Origin: a virus
Length of the DNA stretch: 64,000 nucleotides
Virus record (IMG/VR): IMGVR_UViG_3300045988_017048
Coordinates: 1 to 64,000 of that record
Strand: one strand, 5' to 3'
Shown here: in pieces, positions 52,224-57,767 of the stretch
Layout: every line of letters starts with the position of its first letter
How positions within the stretch are numbered: position 1 is the stretch's first letter
Notes under the pieces: generated by a model
What the model saw: the letters and a program-made list of their open reading frames with translations, nothing else
What the model was told of the DNA's origin: nothing
Database searches by the model: none
Position numbers and translations under genes: made by a program

Positions 52224-52269
52224 GAATGTTGCTTTAACCAGTTGTTTAAGGTAACATTCTTTTTTTTTT
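52224..52269 (+). terminator. Intrinsic terminator or attenuator between the promoter and the first tRNA
   Basis: Stem GAATGTT (52224-30) / AACATTC (52253-59), with further pairing inside the loop, followed by a run of 10 T (52260-69). Confidence 0.6.
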
Positions 52270-52271
52270 AT

Positions 52272-52344
52272 TGCCTCATAGTATAGTTGGTTATTACACG
52301 GGATTTTGGCTCCTGTAACATAAGTTCGAGTCTTATTGGGGTAA
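52272..52344 (+). tRNA. tRNA-Gln (TTG)
   Basis: Acceptor TGCCTCA/TGGGGTA; anticodon arm CGGGA-TTTTGGC-TCCTG; T arm ATAAG-TTCGAGT-CTTAT. Confidence 0.8.
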
Positions 52345-52361
52345 CAATAATAAAGGTAAAT

Positions 52362-52433
52362 ACCCTCTTAGTTCAATGGATAGAATAAGAGACTTCTAAT
52401 CTTTTGATATAGGTTCGATTCCTATAGGGGGTA
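52362..52433 (+). tRNA. tRNA-Arg (TCT)
   Basis: Acceptor ACCCTCT/AGGGGGT; anticodon arm AGAGA-CTTCTAA-TCTTT; T arm ATAGG-TTCGATT-CCTAT. Confidence 0.8.
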
Positions 52434-52439
52434 CTAAAT

Positions 52440-52513
52440 GTTGGGTTAGACGAAGTGGTGAAGTCATCACACTTTCAATGTGAAGATTATGGGTTCGAGT
52501 CCCATACCCAATA
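52440..52513 (+). tRNA. tRNA-Glu (TTC)
   Basis: Acceptor GTTGGGT/ACCCAAT; anticodon arm TCACA-CTTTCAA-TGTGA; T arm ATGGG-TTCGAGT-CCCAT. Confidence 0.8.
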
Positions 52514-52519
52514 CAATAT

Positions 52520-52591
52520 AGAGCTATCTACTAATGGACAGGTAACTGCCCTCTCAAGGCAGAAATTTGGGTTCAATTCCCAATAGCTCTA
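52520..52591 (+). tRNA. tRNA-Glu (CTC)
   Basis: Acceptor AGAGCTA/TAGCTCT; D arm TACT-aatggaca-GGTA; anticodon arm CTGCC-CTCTCAA-GGCAG; T arm TTGGG-TTCAATT-CCCAA. Confidence 0.75.
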
Positions 52592-52597
52592 CAATTT

Positions 52598-52670
52598 AGG
52601 GTGTGTAGCATAGTGGTTAATGTGCCTGACTGTCAATTAGGAGATTGGAGTTCAATTCTCCCACATCCTG
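52598..52670 (+). tRNA. tRNA-Asp (GTC)
   Basis: Acceptor AGGGTGT/ACATCCT; anticodon arm CCTGA-CTGTCAA-TTAGG; T arm GGAG-TTCAATT-CTCC. Confidence 0.8.
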
Positions 52671-52696
52671 CTAATCCACCTTTAATCTACTGAAGT

Positions 52697-52720
52697 CCTA
52701 TCCTACAGAGGTAGGATAGG
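52697..52720 (+). other. Perfect 10-bp hairpin between tRNA genes
   Basis: CCTATCCTAC-agag-GTAGGATAGG; the arm CCTATCCTAC also occurs at 50600-50609. Confidence 0.6.
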
Positions 52721-52725
52721 CAAAT

Positions 52726-52810
52726 GGAGAGGTAACTCAGTGGGACTGGGACTTGTCTTGAAAACAATGGGAGCAGTAAAATGCTTGGGGGTCAGGACCT
52801 CACCTCTCCG
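52726..52810 (+). tRNA. tRNA-Ser (TGA), type II
   Basis: Acceptor GGAGAGG/CCTCTCC, discriminator G; anticodon loop CTTGAAA; long variable arm; T loop atypical (GTCAGGA). Confidence 0.65.
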
Positions 52811-52849
52811 CAATAATGGTGTTCTTTGACATGTTGGTGAGGAAAGTAT

Positions 52850-52935
52850 GGAGAGTAAACTATCAAGGTGATAGTCCTATCTGCTAAATAGTGAGTACCC
52901 TAATAAGGTATTTGTTTCGAGTACAATGCTCTCCG
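52850..52935 (+). tRNA. tRNA-Ser (GCT), type II
   Basis: Acceptor GGAGAGT/GCTCTCC, discriminator G; anticodon loop CTGCTAA; long variable arm GTACC..GGTAT; T loop TTCGAGT. Confidence 0.7.
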
Positions 52936-52941
52936 CAATAT

Positions 52942-53014
52942 ATGGGTGTAATTCAGTAGGTAGAATGCTGGCTTTGGGAGCCAGTTGTCCTTGGTTCGAG
53001 TCCAAGTACCCATA
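52942..53014 (+). tRNA. tRNA-Pro (TGG)
   Basis: Acceptor ATGGGTG/TACCCAT; anticodon arm CTGGC-TTTGGGA-GCCAG; T arm CTTGG-TTCGAGT-CCAAG. Confidence 0.8.
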
Positions 53015-53019
53015 CTAAT

Positions 53020-53093
53020 GGGCTTTGTAGTGTAATCAGGTTAGCACAAGACATTTGCAATGTTTTAGAGGAGTTCAAATCTCACAAGGTCCA
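53020..53093 (+). tRNA. tRNA-Ala (TGC)
   Basis: Acceptor GGGCTTT/AAGGTCC with G3:U70; anticodon arm AGACA-TTTGCAA-TGTTT; T stem weak (3 bp). Confidence 0.65.
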
Positions 53094-53177
53094 CTATGCT
53101 TTCATGTTTTCATAATGTTGAGCTTTTGCTTGAACCCTCTTTTGGGTAGTTAGAGGTTAAAGAAATTACCCTATCAA

Positions 53178-53251
53178 TGCTCTTTAGTTCAGTGGTTTAG
53201 AATAGTTCCCTTACAAGGAAAAGGTCATTAGTTCGATTCTAATAGGAGCAA
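53178..53251 (+). tRNA. tRNA-Val (TAC)
   Basis: Acceptor TGCTCTT/AGGAGCA; anticodon loop CTTACAA; T arm ATTAG-TTCGATT-CTAAT. Confidence 0.8.
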
Positions 53252-53258
53252 CATAAAT

Positions 53259-53330
53259 GGGTCTTTAGTTCAAAGGTCAGAACAAGGGGCTGTTAACCCT
53301 TAGATGTAAGTTCGAGTCTTACAGGTCCCG
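53259..53330 (+). tRNA. tRNA-Asn (GTT)
   Basis: Acceptor GGGTCTT/AGGTCCC (one mismatch); anticodon arm AGGGG-CTGTTAA-CCCTT; T arm GTAAG-TTCGAGT-CTTAC. Confidence 0.75.
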
Positions 53331-53439
53331 CAAAAACTTTTGCAAGAAGTTTAGTCAAGTAGCTTGCAATACTTGATGCCATCATTTCTGAAAAGTCTCT
53401 GAGTGCAATAAGGAGGAGTAATCAATGATTTGATGCTTT

Positions 53440-53512
53440 AGCAGGTTAGAGAAGTAGTAATCTTGCCCCACCCATAATGGGGAGACCAGTGGTGCAAATC
53501 CACTACCTGCAA
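53440..53512 (+). tRNA. tRNA with CAT anticodon (Met or Ile2-type)
   Basis: Acceptor AGCAGGT/ACCTGCA with a 1:72 A/A mismatch; anticodon arm CCCCA-CCCATAA-TGGGG (C rather than U at position 33); T arm AGTGG-TGCAAAT-CCACT. Confidence 0.6.
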
Positions 53513-53520
53513 CTATAAAT

Positions 53521-53592
53521 TGGTACTTAGTTTAATGGTAAAACCTCAGACTCCAAATCTGAAAGATGAGTGTTCGAGTCATTCAGTACCTG
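53521..53592 (+). tRNA. tRNA-Trp (CCA)
   Basis: Acceptor TGGTACT/AGTACCT (1:72 mismatch); anticodon arm TCAGA-CTCCAAA-TCTGA; T arm GAGTG-TTCGAGT-CATTC. Confidence 0.75.
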
Positions 53593-53598
53593 CTATAT

Positions 53599-53670
53599 TG
53601 GCATATCTTCTAATGGTCAGGAAGCTACTCTGATAAGGTAGTAATCAAGGTTCAATTCCTTGTATGCCAA
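53599..53670 (+). tRNA. tRNA-Ile (GAT)
   Basis: Acceptor TGGCATA/TATGCCA; anticodon arm CTACT-CTGATAA-GGTAG; T arm CAAGG-TTCAATT-CCTTG. Confidence 0.8.
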
Positions 53671-53672
53671 CT

Positions 53673-54092
53673 ATGATTAGAAAATATTTAAGTAGTAGAG
53701 GCAAGAGAATAGTTCTTATCTGTAAACATTGTGGCAAGGAATTTGAAACCTTGCAACTAAAGGCTAATGCAGGTAGAGAAAAGTTCTGTAGTAGGGAATG
53801 TTATAACCAATACAGGAAGGAATGCTGTACCAGCATAAAAGAAAGGAACATTTTATATCAGAAAAAGTCTAAATATGGTTTGACAGAAGAGGAATATAAG
53901 GGTCTATTTGATGCACAAGGTAATAGATGTTCTATATGTGGGACTTCTTTTGAAGTTACTAAAGCTTTTGTAGACCATGACCATAAAACAGGAAGGGTAA
54001 GAGGATTGCTATGTTCTCAATGCAATACATTACTTGGGATGGCTAAGGATAATACTGAGGTATTAGAAGCTGCTATTCAATACCAGAAATAG
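53673..54092 (+). CDS. Endonuclease VII-type HNH homing endonuclease inside the tRNA array
   Basis: GNRCSICG...VDHDHKTGRVRGLLCSQCNTLLG (endo VII/HNH signature); the track start at 53664 lies inside tRNA-Ile, so the ATG at 53673 is preferred; the last base of the stop TAG is the first base of the next tRNA. Confidence 0.7.
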   Translation: MIRKYLSSRGKRIVLICKHCGKEFETLQLKANAGREKFCSRECYNQYRKECCTSIKERNILYQKKSKYGLTEEEYKGLFDAQGNRCSICGTSFEVTKAFVDHDHKTGRVRGLLCSQCNTLLGMAKDNTEVLEAAIQYQK

Positions 54093-54163
54093 CTGATGTA
54101 CTTCAATGGTAGAAGACTGCTCTCATAAGGCAGTAGTTGAAAGTTCGAGTCTTTCTATCAGCA
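54092..54163 (+). tRNA. tRNA-Met (CAT)
   Basis: Acceptor GCTGATG/TATCAGC; anticodon arm CTGCT-CTCATAA-GGCAG; T arm GAAAG-TTCGAGT-CTTTC. Confidence 0.8.
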
Positions 54164-54165
54164 CT

Positions 54166-54239
54166 GTGTTAGTAGCTCAGTCAGGTAGAGCAAAGGATTG
54201 TGGCTCCTTATGGCATGGGTTCAAATCCCATCTAACACC
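54166..54239 (+). tRNA. tRNA-His (GTG)
   Basis: Acceptor GTGTTAG/CTAACAC, discriminator C; D arm GCTC-agtcaggta-GAGC; anticodon arm AAGGA-TTGTGGC-TCCTT; T arm ATGGG-TTCAAAT-CCCAT. Confidence 0.8.
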
Positions 54240-54246
54240 CCAATAT

Positions 54247-54323
54247 ACTAGCATATCCCCTCTGTCTTATACACAGTAGAAAGGGTAATAGGTCACATGT
54301 GGGTTCAATCCCCTCTGCTAGTA
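54247..54323 (+). tRNA. Atypical tRNA-like gene, possible anticodon TAT (Ile, AUA)
   Basis: Perfect acceptor ACTAGCA/TGCTAGT and T arm GTGGG-TTCAATC-CCCTC. The only 7-nt-loop hairpin is (T)CTGT-CTTATAC-ACAG(T). No D arm could be folded, and 21 nt lie between the anticodon arm and the T arm. Confidence 0.35.
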
Positions 54324-54327
54324 CTAT

Positions 54328-54401
54328 CTTGGAGTACCAGAGTGGCTAATGGCACAGACTGCAAATCTGATGATTCGTGGGTTCAAATCCCACCTCCAAG
54401 T
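54328..54401 (+). tRNA. tRNA-Cys (GCA)
   Basis: Acceptor CTTGGAG/CTCCAAG, discriminator T; anticodon arm CAGA-CTGCAAA-TCTG; T arm GTGGG-TTCAAAT-CCCAC. Confidence 0.8.
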
Positions 54402-54403
54402 CT

Positions 54404-54655
54404 ATGTGTTATATAGATAAACTTATAAAGAACAATACAGGAGTTTCTTCAAAGAACTTCTTCTTAGTGGCAGTTACCTTAATAGGTTTAATCCTACTAT
54501 TAGTTCCTGCTGTACTTCTTATAATAGAAGTATATTATAATCATACTATACAGACAGACCTTAATGGTCTTGCTGCTTATATAGGTGCTGTTGCTGGAGT
54601 ATTTGCATCAGCAGGTATTACTAAAGCATGGTCTGAAAAGTATGAAAAGAAATAA
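54404..54655 (+). CDS. Small membrane protein (83 aa, 2 TM)
   Basis: The track ORF starts (GTG) inside tRNA-Cys, so the ATG at 54404 is preferred; hydrophobic segments FFLVAVTLIGLILLLVPAVLLII and LAAYIGAVAGVFASAGI. Confidence 0.55.
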   Translation: MCYIDKLIKNNTGVSSKNFFLVAVTLIGLILLLVPAVLLIIEVYYNHTIQTDLNGLAAYIGAVAGVFASAGITKAWSEKYEKK

Positions 54656-54656
54656 T

Positions 54657-54730
54657 GCTCCTATAGCTGAATTGGTTAAAGCAACAGTCTCTTAAACTGT
54701 GGATTCAAGGTTCAAGTCCTTGTGGGGGCA
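54657..54730 (+). tRNA. tRNA-Lys (CTT)
   Basis: Acceptor GCTCCTA/TGGGGGC; anticodon arm ACAGT-CTCTTAA-ACTGT; T arm CAAGG-TTCAAGT-CCTTG. Confidence 0.8.
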
Positions 54731-54751
54731 CAACCCAACCTTGGCAAATAT

Positions 54752-54824
54752 TCCCCCAAAGCATTGATGGTGGATGCTCTGGACTTTTAATCCTGAAAGT
54801 AAGGTTCGATTCCTTATGGGGGAA
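54752..54824 (+). tRNA. tRNA-Lys (TTT)
   Basis: Acceptor TCCCCCA/TGGGGGA; anticodon loop CTTTTAA; T arm TAAGG-TTCGATT-CCTTA. Confidence 0.8.
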
Positions 54825-54858
54825 CATAACATATTATTAACTCCAAATTTTTATTGTT

Positions 54859-54966
54859 ATGAAGAAAGTTATTTCATTAATTAAGAGAGGTGCTAAGGCA
54901 TACTTTAGACAATCTGCTAAGACTTATGCTTGGGCACCTACAGGAACTATTCCAGTTGGAATATAG
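54859..54966 (+). CDS. Possible 35-aa basic peptide
   Basis: Hand-translated MKKVISLIKRGAKAYFRQSAKTYAWAPTGTIPVGI; the only ORF in a 180-nt tRNA-free gap; weak support. Confidence 0.25.
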   Translation: MKKVISLIKRGAKAYFRQSAKTYAWAPTGTIPVGI

Positions 54967-55002
54967 TTCCTTTGATGCTGGAGTGAGTAATAAATATTAT
55001 AT

Positions 55003-55085
55003 GGGGTAGCTTTAATGTGGTGAATTAGTGTGGACTGTAAATCCACTGCCTCAGGCTATTTAAGGTTCGATTCCTTTCTGCCCCA
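55003..55085 (+). tRNA. tRNA-Tyr (GTA), type II
   Basis: Acceptor GGGGTAG/CTGCCCC; anticodon arm GTGGA-CTGTAAA-TCCAC; long variable arm; T loop TTCGATT. Confidence 0.8.
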
Positions 55086-55153
55086 CTTCAATAGAAATCT
55101 TTGTCCTTGACTTATGGAAAGTGATGTGGGTAGAGACACAAATAAGTCATTAT

Positions 55154-55228
55154 GGGTGTTGGGCAGGTATGGTTACATTGCGTAGGTCTGAAAAACCTAA
55201 GAATAAAGTTCGATTCTTTGAACACCCA
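55154..55228 (+). tRNA. tRNA-Phe (GAA)
   Basis: Acceptor GGGTGTT/AACACCC; anticodon arm TAGGT-CTGAAAA-ACCTA; T arm AAAG-TTCGATT-CTTT. Confidence 0.8.
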
Positions 55229-55234
55229 CTATAT

Positions 55235-55319
55235 ACTCCTGTGGTGGAACTGGTAGACACACTTGCCTCAAAAGCAAGAGCTTGAAAAAAGAGTAAGAGT
55301 TCAAGTCTCTTCAGGAGTA
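55235..55319 (+). tRNA. tRNA-Leu (CAA), type II
   Basis: Acceptor ACTCCTG/CAGGAGT; anticodon arm CTTGC-CTCAAAA-GCAAG; long variable arm; T arm AAGAG-TTCAAGT-CTCTT. Confidence 0.8.
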
Positions 55320-55327
55320 CTTATAAT

Positions 55328-55416
55328 GCCCTCTTGGTGGAATTTGGTAGACACATCTGCCTTAGAAGCAGACATGAAGTAATAGTAGTGTAAGAGTTCA
55401 AGTCTCTTAGAGGGTA
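55328..55416 (+). tRNA. tRNA-Leu (TAG), type II
   Basis: Acceptor GCCCTCT/AGAGGGT; anticodon arm TCTGC-CTTAGAA-GCAGA; long variable arm; T arm AAGAG-TTCAAGT-CTCTT. Confidence 0.8.
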
Positions 55417-55418
55417 CT

Positions 55419-55739
55419 ATGAAAGAGATTAATATTAAATATAGTGAGTACATTATTAATGTGCTTTTAAGTACCAATAATACTTCTATAACAGACTCTT
55501 ATAGGATAAGGAGAGTAAAAGACATGGTTAATGTCTTAAAGAAGATAAGAAACACATGTGATAATTCTTATGCTATACACAAGAGAAGTATATTTGGTAT
55601 GGTTAATGAATGGAGAGTACATAATCTATTATACTTTTTACATATAAAAAGGAGAAGGACAGGTACAGTAGATTTAAATATAAATCAGAGTATATGGGCA
55701 AAAATAGCTTATACATTGCTCTCTGTATTTTATTTTTAA
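55419..55739 (+). CDS. Hypothetical protein (106 aa)
   Basis: ATG lies 2 nt after tRNA-Leu; hydrophobic C-terminus. Confidence 0.55.
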   Translation: MKEINIKYSEYIINVLLSTNNTSITDSYRIRRVKDMVNVLKKIRNTCDNSYAIHKRSIFGMVNEWRVHNLLYFLHIKRRRTGTVDLNINQSIWAKIAYTLLSVFYF

Positions 55740-55767
55740 AGAATAAAAAAAATAAATAGTATTTTAC

Positions 55768-55798
55768 TTGCATATTTCAATTAAAATACTTATCTTTG
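55768..55798 (+). promoter_or_regulatory. Bacteroidetes-type promoter for the Dps-like gene
   Basis: TTGCAT-N17-TATCTTTG; the -7 box ends 20 nt before the ATG at 55819. Confidence 0.65.
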
Positions 55799-55818
55799 CA
55801 CCATCAAAATAAGAGAAT

Positions 55819-56265
55819 ATGTTTGAAGAAGATAACCTATTTACTCCAATGGAATCAAGTAGAAGTACTGAAGTATCTGGCTCTCAGTTCTTTATTAACT
55901 TCTTAAACCAGCTTGAAGGTTGGAAGACCAAGTGTAAGAACTTGCATTGGGCAGCACCTAAGAAGAATATCCATGTATATCTTGATGAATTTCTTGATAT
56001 ATTGTCAGACTATCAAGATGGTCTTGCAGAAGGATATATGGGAATACTTGGTAAGATGCAACCTAATGTAATCAAAGGAACTCCAAGTGATGCACTGAAT
56101 GCTTTTGACTTTATAAGTGAAGTTAAGTCTGCTACTACTGCATTTTATGATAAGATTCCTCAAGAGACTATTTATAAAGGTATAGCATCTGAATGTGAGA
56201 CCTTTATTCAGAATATCAATAAGTATGACTTCTTATTCCACTTATGTGATATAAGACCTTATTGA
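55819..56265 (+). CDS. Dps/ferritin-like four-helix-bundle protein (putative)
   Basis: KCKNLHWAAPKKNIHVYLDEFLD resembles the Dps helix-A/B region (K-N-x-H-W ... H-x-x-x-[DE]-E). Confidence 0.4.
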   Translation: MFEEDNLFTPMESSRSTEVSGSQFFINFLNQLEGWKTKCKNLHWAAPKKNIHVYLDEFLDILSDYQDGLAEGYMGILGKMQPNVIKGTPSDALNAFDFISEVKSATTAFYDKIPQETIYKGIASECETFIQNINKYDFLFHLCDIRPY

Positions 56266-56273
56266 CAAGAGAT

Positions 56274-56359
56274 GCTCTCATGGTGGAATTGGTAGACACG
56301 AGGGACTTAAAATCCCTTGGCCAGAAATGGTTGTCTGGGTTCAACTCCCAGTGGGAGTA
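56274..56359 (+). tRNA. tRNA-Leu (TAA), type II
   Basis: Acceptor GCTCTCA/TGGGAGT; anticodon arm AGGGA-CTTAAAA-TCCCT; long variable arm; T arm CTGGG-TTCAACT-CCCAG. Confidence 0.8.
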
Positions 56360-56365
56360 CCATTT

Positions 56366-56439
56366 GCCTCCTTAGTGTTAATGGTTTAGCAAGCCTGTCT
56401 TGTAAACAGGAAGAGAGGGTTCAAATCCTTCAGGAGGCT
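56366..56439 (+). tRNA. tRNA-Thr (TGT)
   Basis: Acceptor GCCTCCT/AGGAGGC; anticodon arm CCTGT-CTTGTAA-ACAGG; T arm GAGGG-TTCAAAT-CCTTC. Confidence 0.8.
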
Positions 56440-56445
56440 CAAAGT

Positions 56446-56518
56446 GTAGGTATGGTGTTAGTGGTTAGCATATGACATTGCCAATGTCAAGGGGTCAGTT
56501 CAAATCTGATTATCTACT
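56446..56518 (+). tRNA. tRNA-Gly (GCC)
   Basis: Acceptor GTAGGTA/TATCTAC; anticodon arm TGACA-TTGCCAA-TGTCA; T arm GTCAG-TTCAAAT-CTGAT. Confidence 0.8.
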
Positions 56519-56523
56519 CAAAT

Positions 56524-56595
56524 GCAGGTATAGTATAAAGGTTAGTATGTAACACTTCCAATGTTAATGTGTGGGTTCGATTCCCACTATCTGCT
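56524..56595 (+). tRNA. tRNA-Gly (TCC)
   Basis: Acceptor GCAGGTA/TATCTGC; anticodon arm TAACA-CTTCCAA-TGTTA; T arm GTGGG-TTCGATT-CCCAC. Confidence 0.8.
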
Positions 56596-56604
56596 CAGAT
56601 ATAT

Positions 56605-56677
56605 CATGGGGTGATAGCAATGGTAGCTAGCAAGGCTCATAACCTTGAGGTTGGAGGTTCGAGTCCTCCCCCCGTAA
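56605..56677 (+). tRNA. Initiator-type tRNA-fMet (CAT)
   Basis: Acceptor CATGGGG/CCCCGTA with a C1xA72 mismatch, as in bacterial initiators; anticodon arm CAAGG-CTCATAA-CCTTG; T arm GGAGG-TTCGAGT-CCTCC; overall similar to E. coli tRNA-fMet as recalled. Confidence 0.75.
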
Positions 56678-56691
56678 CTAAATTACTTTAT

Positions 56692-56889
56692 ATGGAAGAG
56701 ATAGAGAAGGCAAAGATGACAAGAGTCAAGAAGACCAATGGTTCAGAAGTTCATCAAATTATGACTGCATTGACTGATACTACAATCAGAGGCATTGTAA
56801 GGTCAGCCAATGAGGAAGGAATTAAGAGAGAGAATATAGTTTCTCTACTTAAAGAAAATGGTCAGTTTGTATTAATCTACTTTAAATAA
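56692..56889 (+). CDS. Hypothetical protein (65 aa)
   Basis: The track ORF (56569) starts inside tRNA-Gly, so the first ATG after the tRNA array (56692, MEEIEKAKM...) is preferred. Confidence 0.5.
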   Translation: MEEIEKAKMTRVKKTNGSEVHQIMTALTDTTIRGIVRSANEEGIKRENIVSLLKENGQFVLIYFK

Positions 56890-56894
56890 ACATC

Positions 56895-57224
56895 ATGGAA
56901 ATGGAAGAGCAGAAGACAATAGAAAGGCCCTTGATGGGTGAAGAGGAGTTCAAGGACTACATGGAGAAGAATAGAGTAGATATTGTGGGAGATTTCTATG
57001 AAAGAGGTATTCTTCACCTGAGAACTTATGAAGCAGTAAGCAAATTCAAGTCTGTAAGGAGGGCAATCAAGAGAGGCCATGTATCTCTTGATGGTATTAT
57101 CTTTCCTAAGAGACCTTTCAACAATAAGGCTAATACTTGTAAGAGAAAAGGGCATCACAGTAGGACTATTAATGAAAGAAAGAAGATGATTTATGAGCAA
57201 CTTAAACACAGAAAATCAGCCTAA
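56895..57224 (+). CDS. Hypothetical basic protein (109 aa)
   Basis: ORF in the rightward operon. Confidence 0.6.
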   Translation: MEMEEQKTIERPLMGEEEFKDYMEKNRVDIVGDFYERGILHLRTYEAVSKFKSVRRAIKRGHVSLDGIIFPKRPFNNKANTCKRKGHHSRTINERKKMIYEQLKHRKSA

Positions 57225-57414
57225 TGATTACAATAAAGTGCCAGTATTATACTGCAAGCATTGTCTATCATTGAATATTAGGAACATTCCAAGAATAAAG
57301 GATTCAGATTACTGTGATGAGTGTGGCTCCACTGATATAGGAGAATGTTCAATAGAAGAGTGGGAAACTCTATACAAGAATAGATATGGACATAGATTCC
57401 TTGAAGAATATTAA
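57193..57414 (+). CDS. Small zinc-ribbon protein (73 aa)
   Basis: CKHC...CDEC Cys pairs. Confidence 0.55.
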   Translation: MSNLNTENQPNDYNKVPVLYCKHCLSLNIRNIPRIKDSDYCDECGSTDIGECSIEEWETLYKNRYGHRFLEEY

Positions 57415-57434
57415 TAACTTAATTATAAATTAAA

Positions 57435-57755
57435 ATGGAAGAGCAGAAGGGAAAAGTTGTAGAAATGCAACAAAAACAAAAGGAAACAGAGAGACCTGAG
57501 AAGATGTCTTATGAGCAGTTAGAGAACATAGCTCATCAGCTTAGTGAGCAAGCTAAGCAGTTATATATGAAGCTACAAGCTGCCAATATGGGCAATATGT
57601 TCAAGAGGCTTGACTACTTGTTTAAAGTAGTAGAGAATGGACATATGTTTAAGCAAGACTTCCTTGAGAAGTGTATTGCTGAGATTGAGGAGCTTATGAC
57701 AGTTCCTGAAGAGGTTGAGGAAGAGGAAGCACCAGATATTAAAACTGAAGAGTAG
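57435..57755 (+). CDS. Hypothetical acidic coiled-coil protein (106 aa)
   Basis: ORF. Confidence 0.6.
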   Translation: MEEQKGKVVEMQQKQKETERPEKMSYEQLENIAHQLSEQAKQLYMKLQAANMGNMFKRLDYLFKVVENGHMFKQDFLEKCIAEIEELMTVPEEVEEEEAPDIKTEE

Positions 57756-57767
57756 CATCAATGTGTT

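Noticed and set aside
53410-53433. Shine-Dalgarno-like AAGGAGG followed by the mini-ORF ATG ATT TGA inside the tRNA array.
   Set aside because: - The ORF has only two sense codons.
- Genes here use A-rich, SD-less leaders.
- It overlaps the approach to the CAT-anticodon tRNA.
- It is most likely a chance occurrence.
53331-53439. Overlapping inverted repeats (TTGCAAG/CTTGCAA and TCAAGTA/TACTTGA) in a 109-nt tRNA-free spacer. These were considered as a degenerate tRNA-Ala-like anticodon arm.
   Set aside because: - No acceptor or T arm could be built around it.
- The loop sizes are 8-10 nt.
- It is kept only as spacer structure.
56569-56691. N-terminal extensions of track ORFs that begin inside tRNA genes (56569, 54377, 53664).
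   Set aside because: - These starts (GTG or ATG) lie within well-folded tRNAs.
- The first ATG downstream of each tRNA gives a sensible protein start.
- The extensions translate tRNA sequence.
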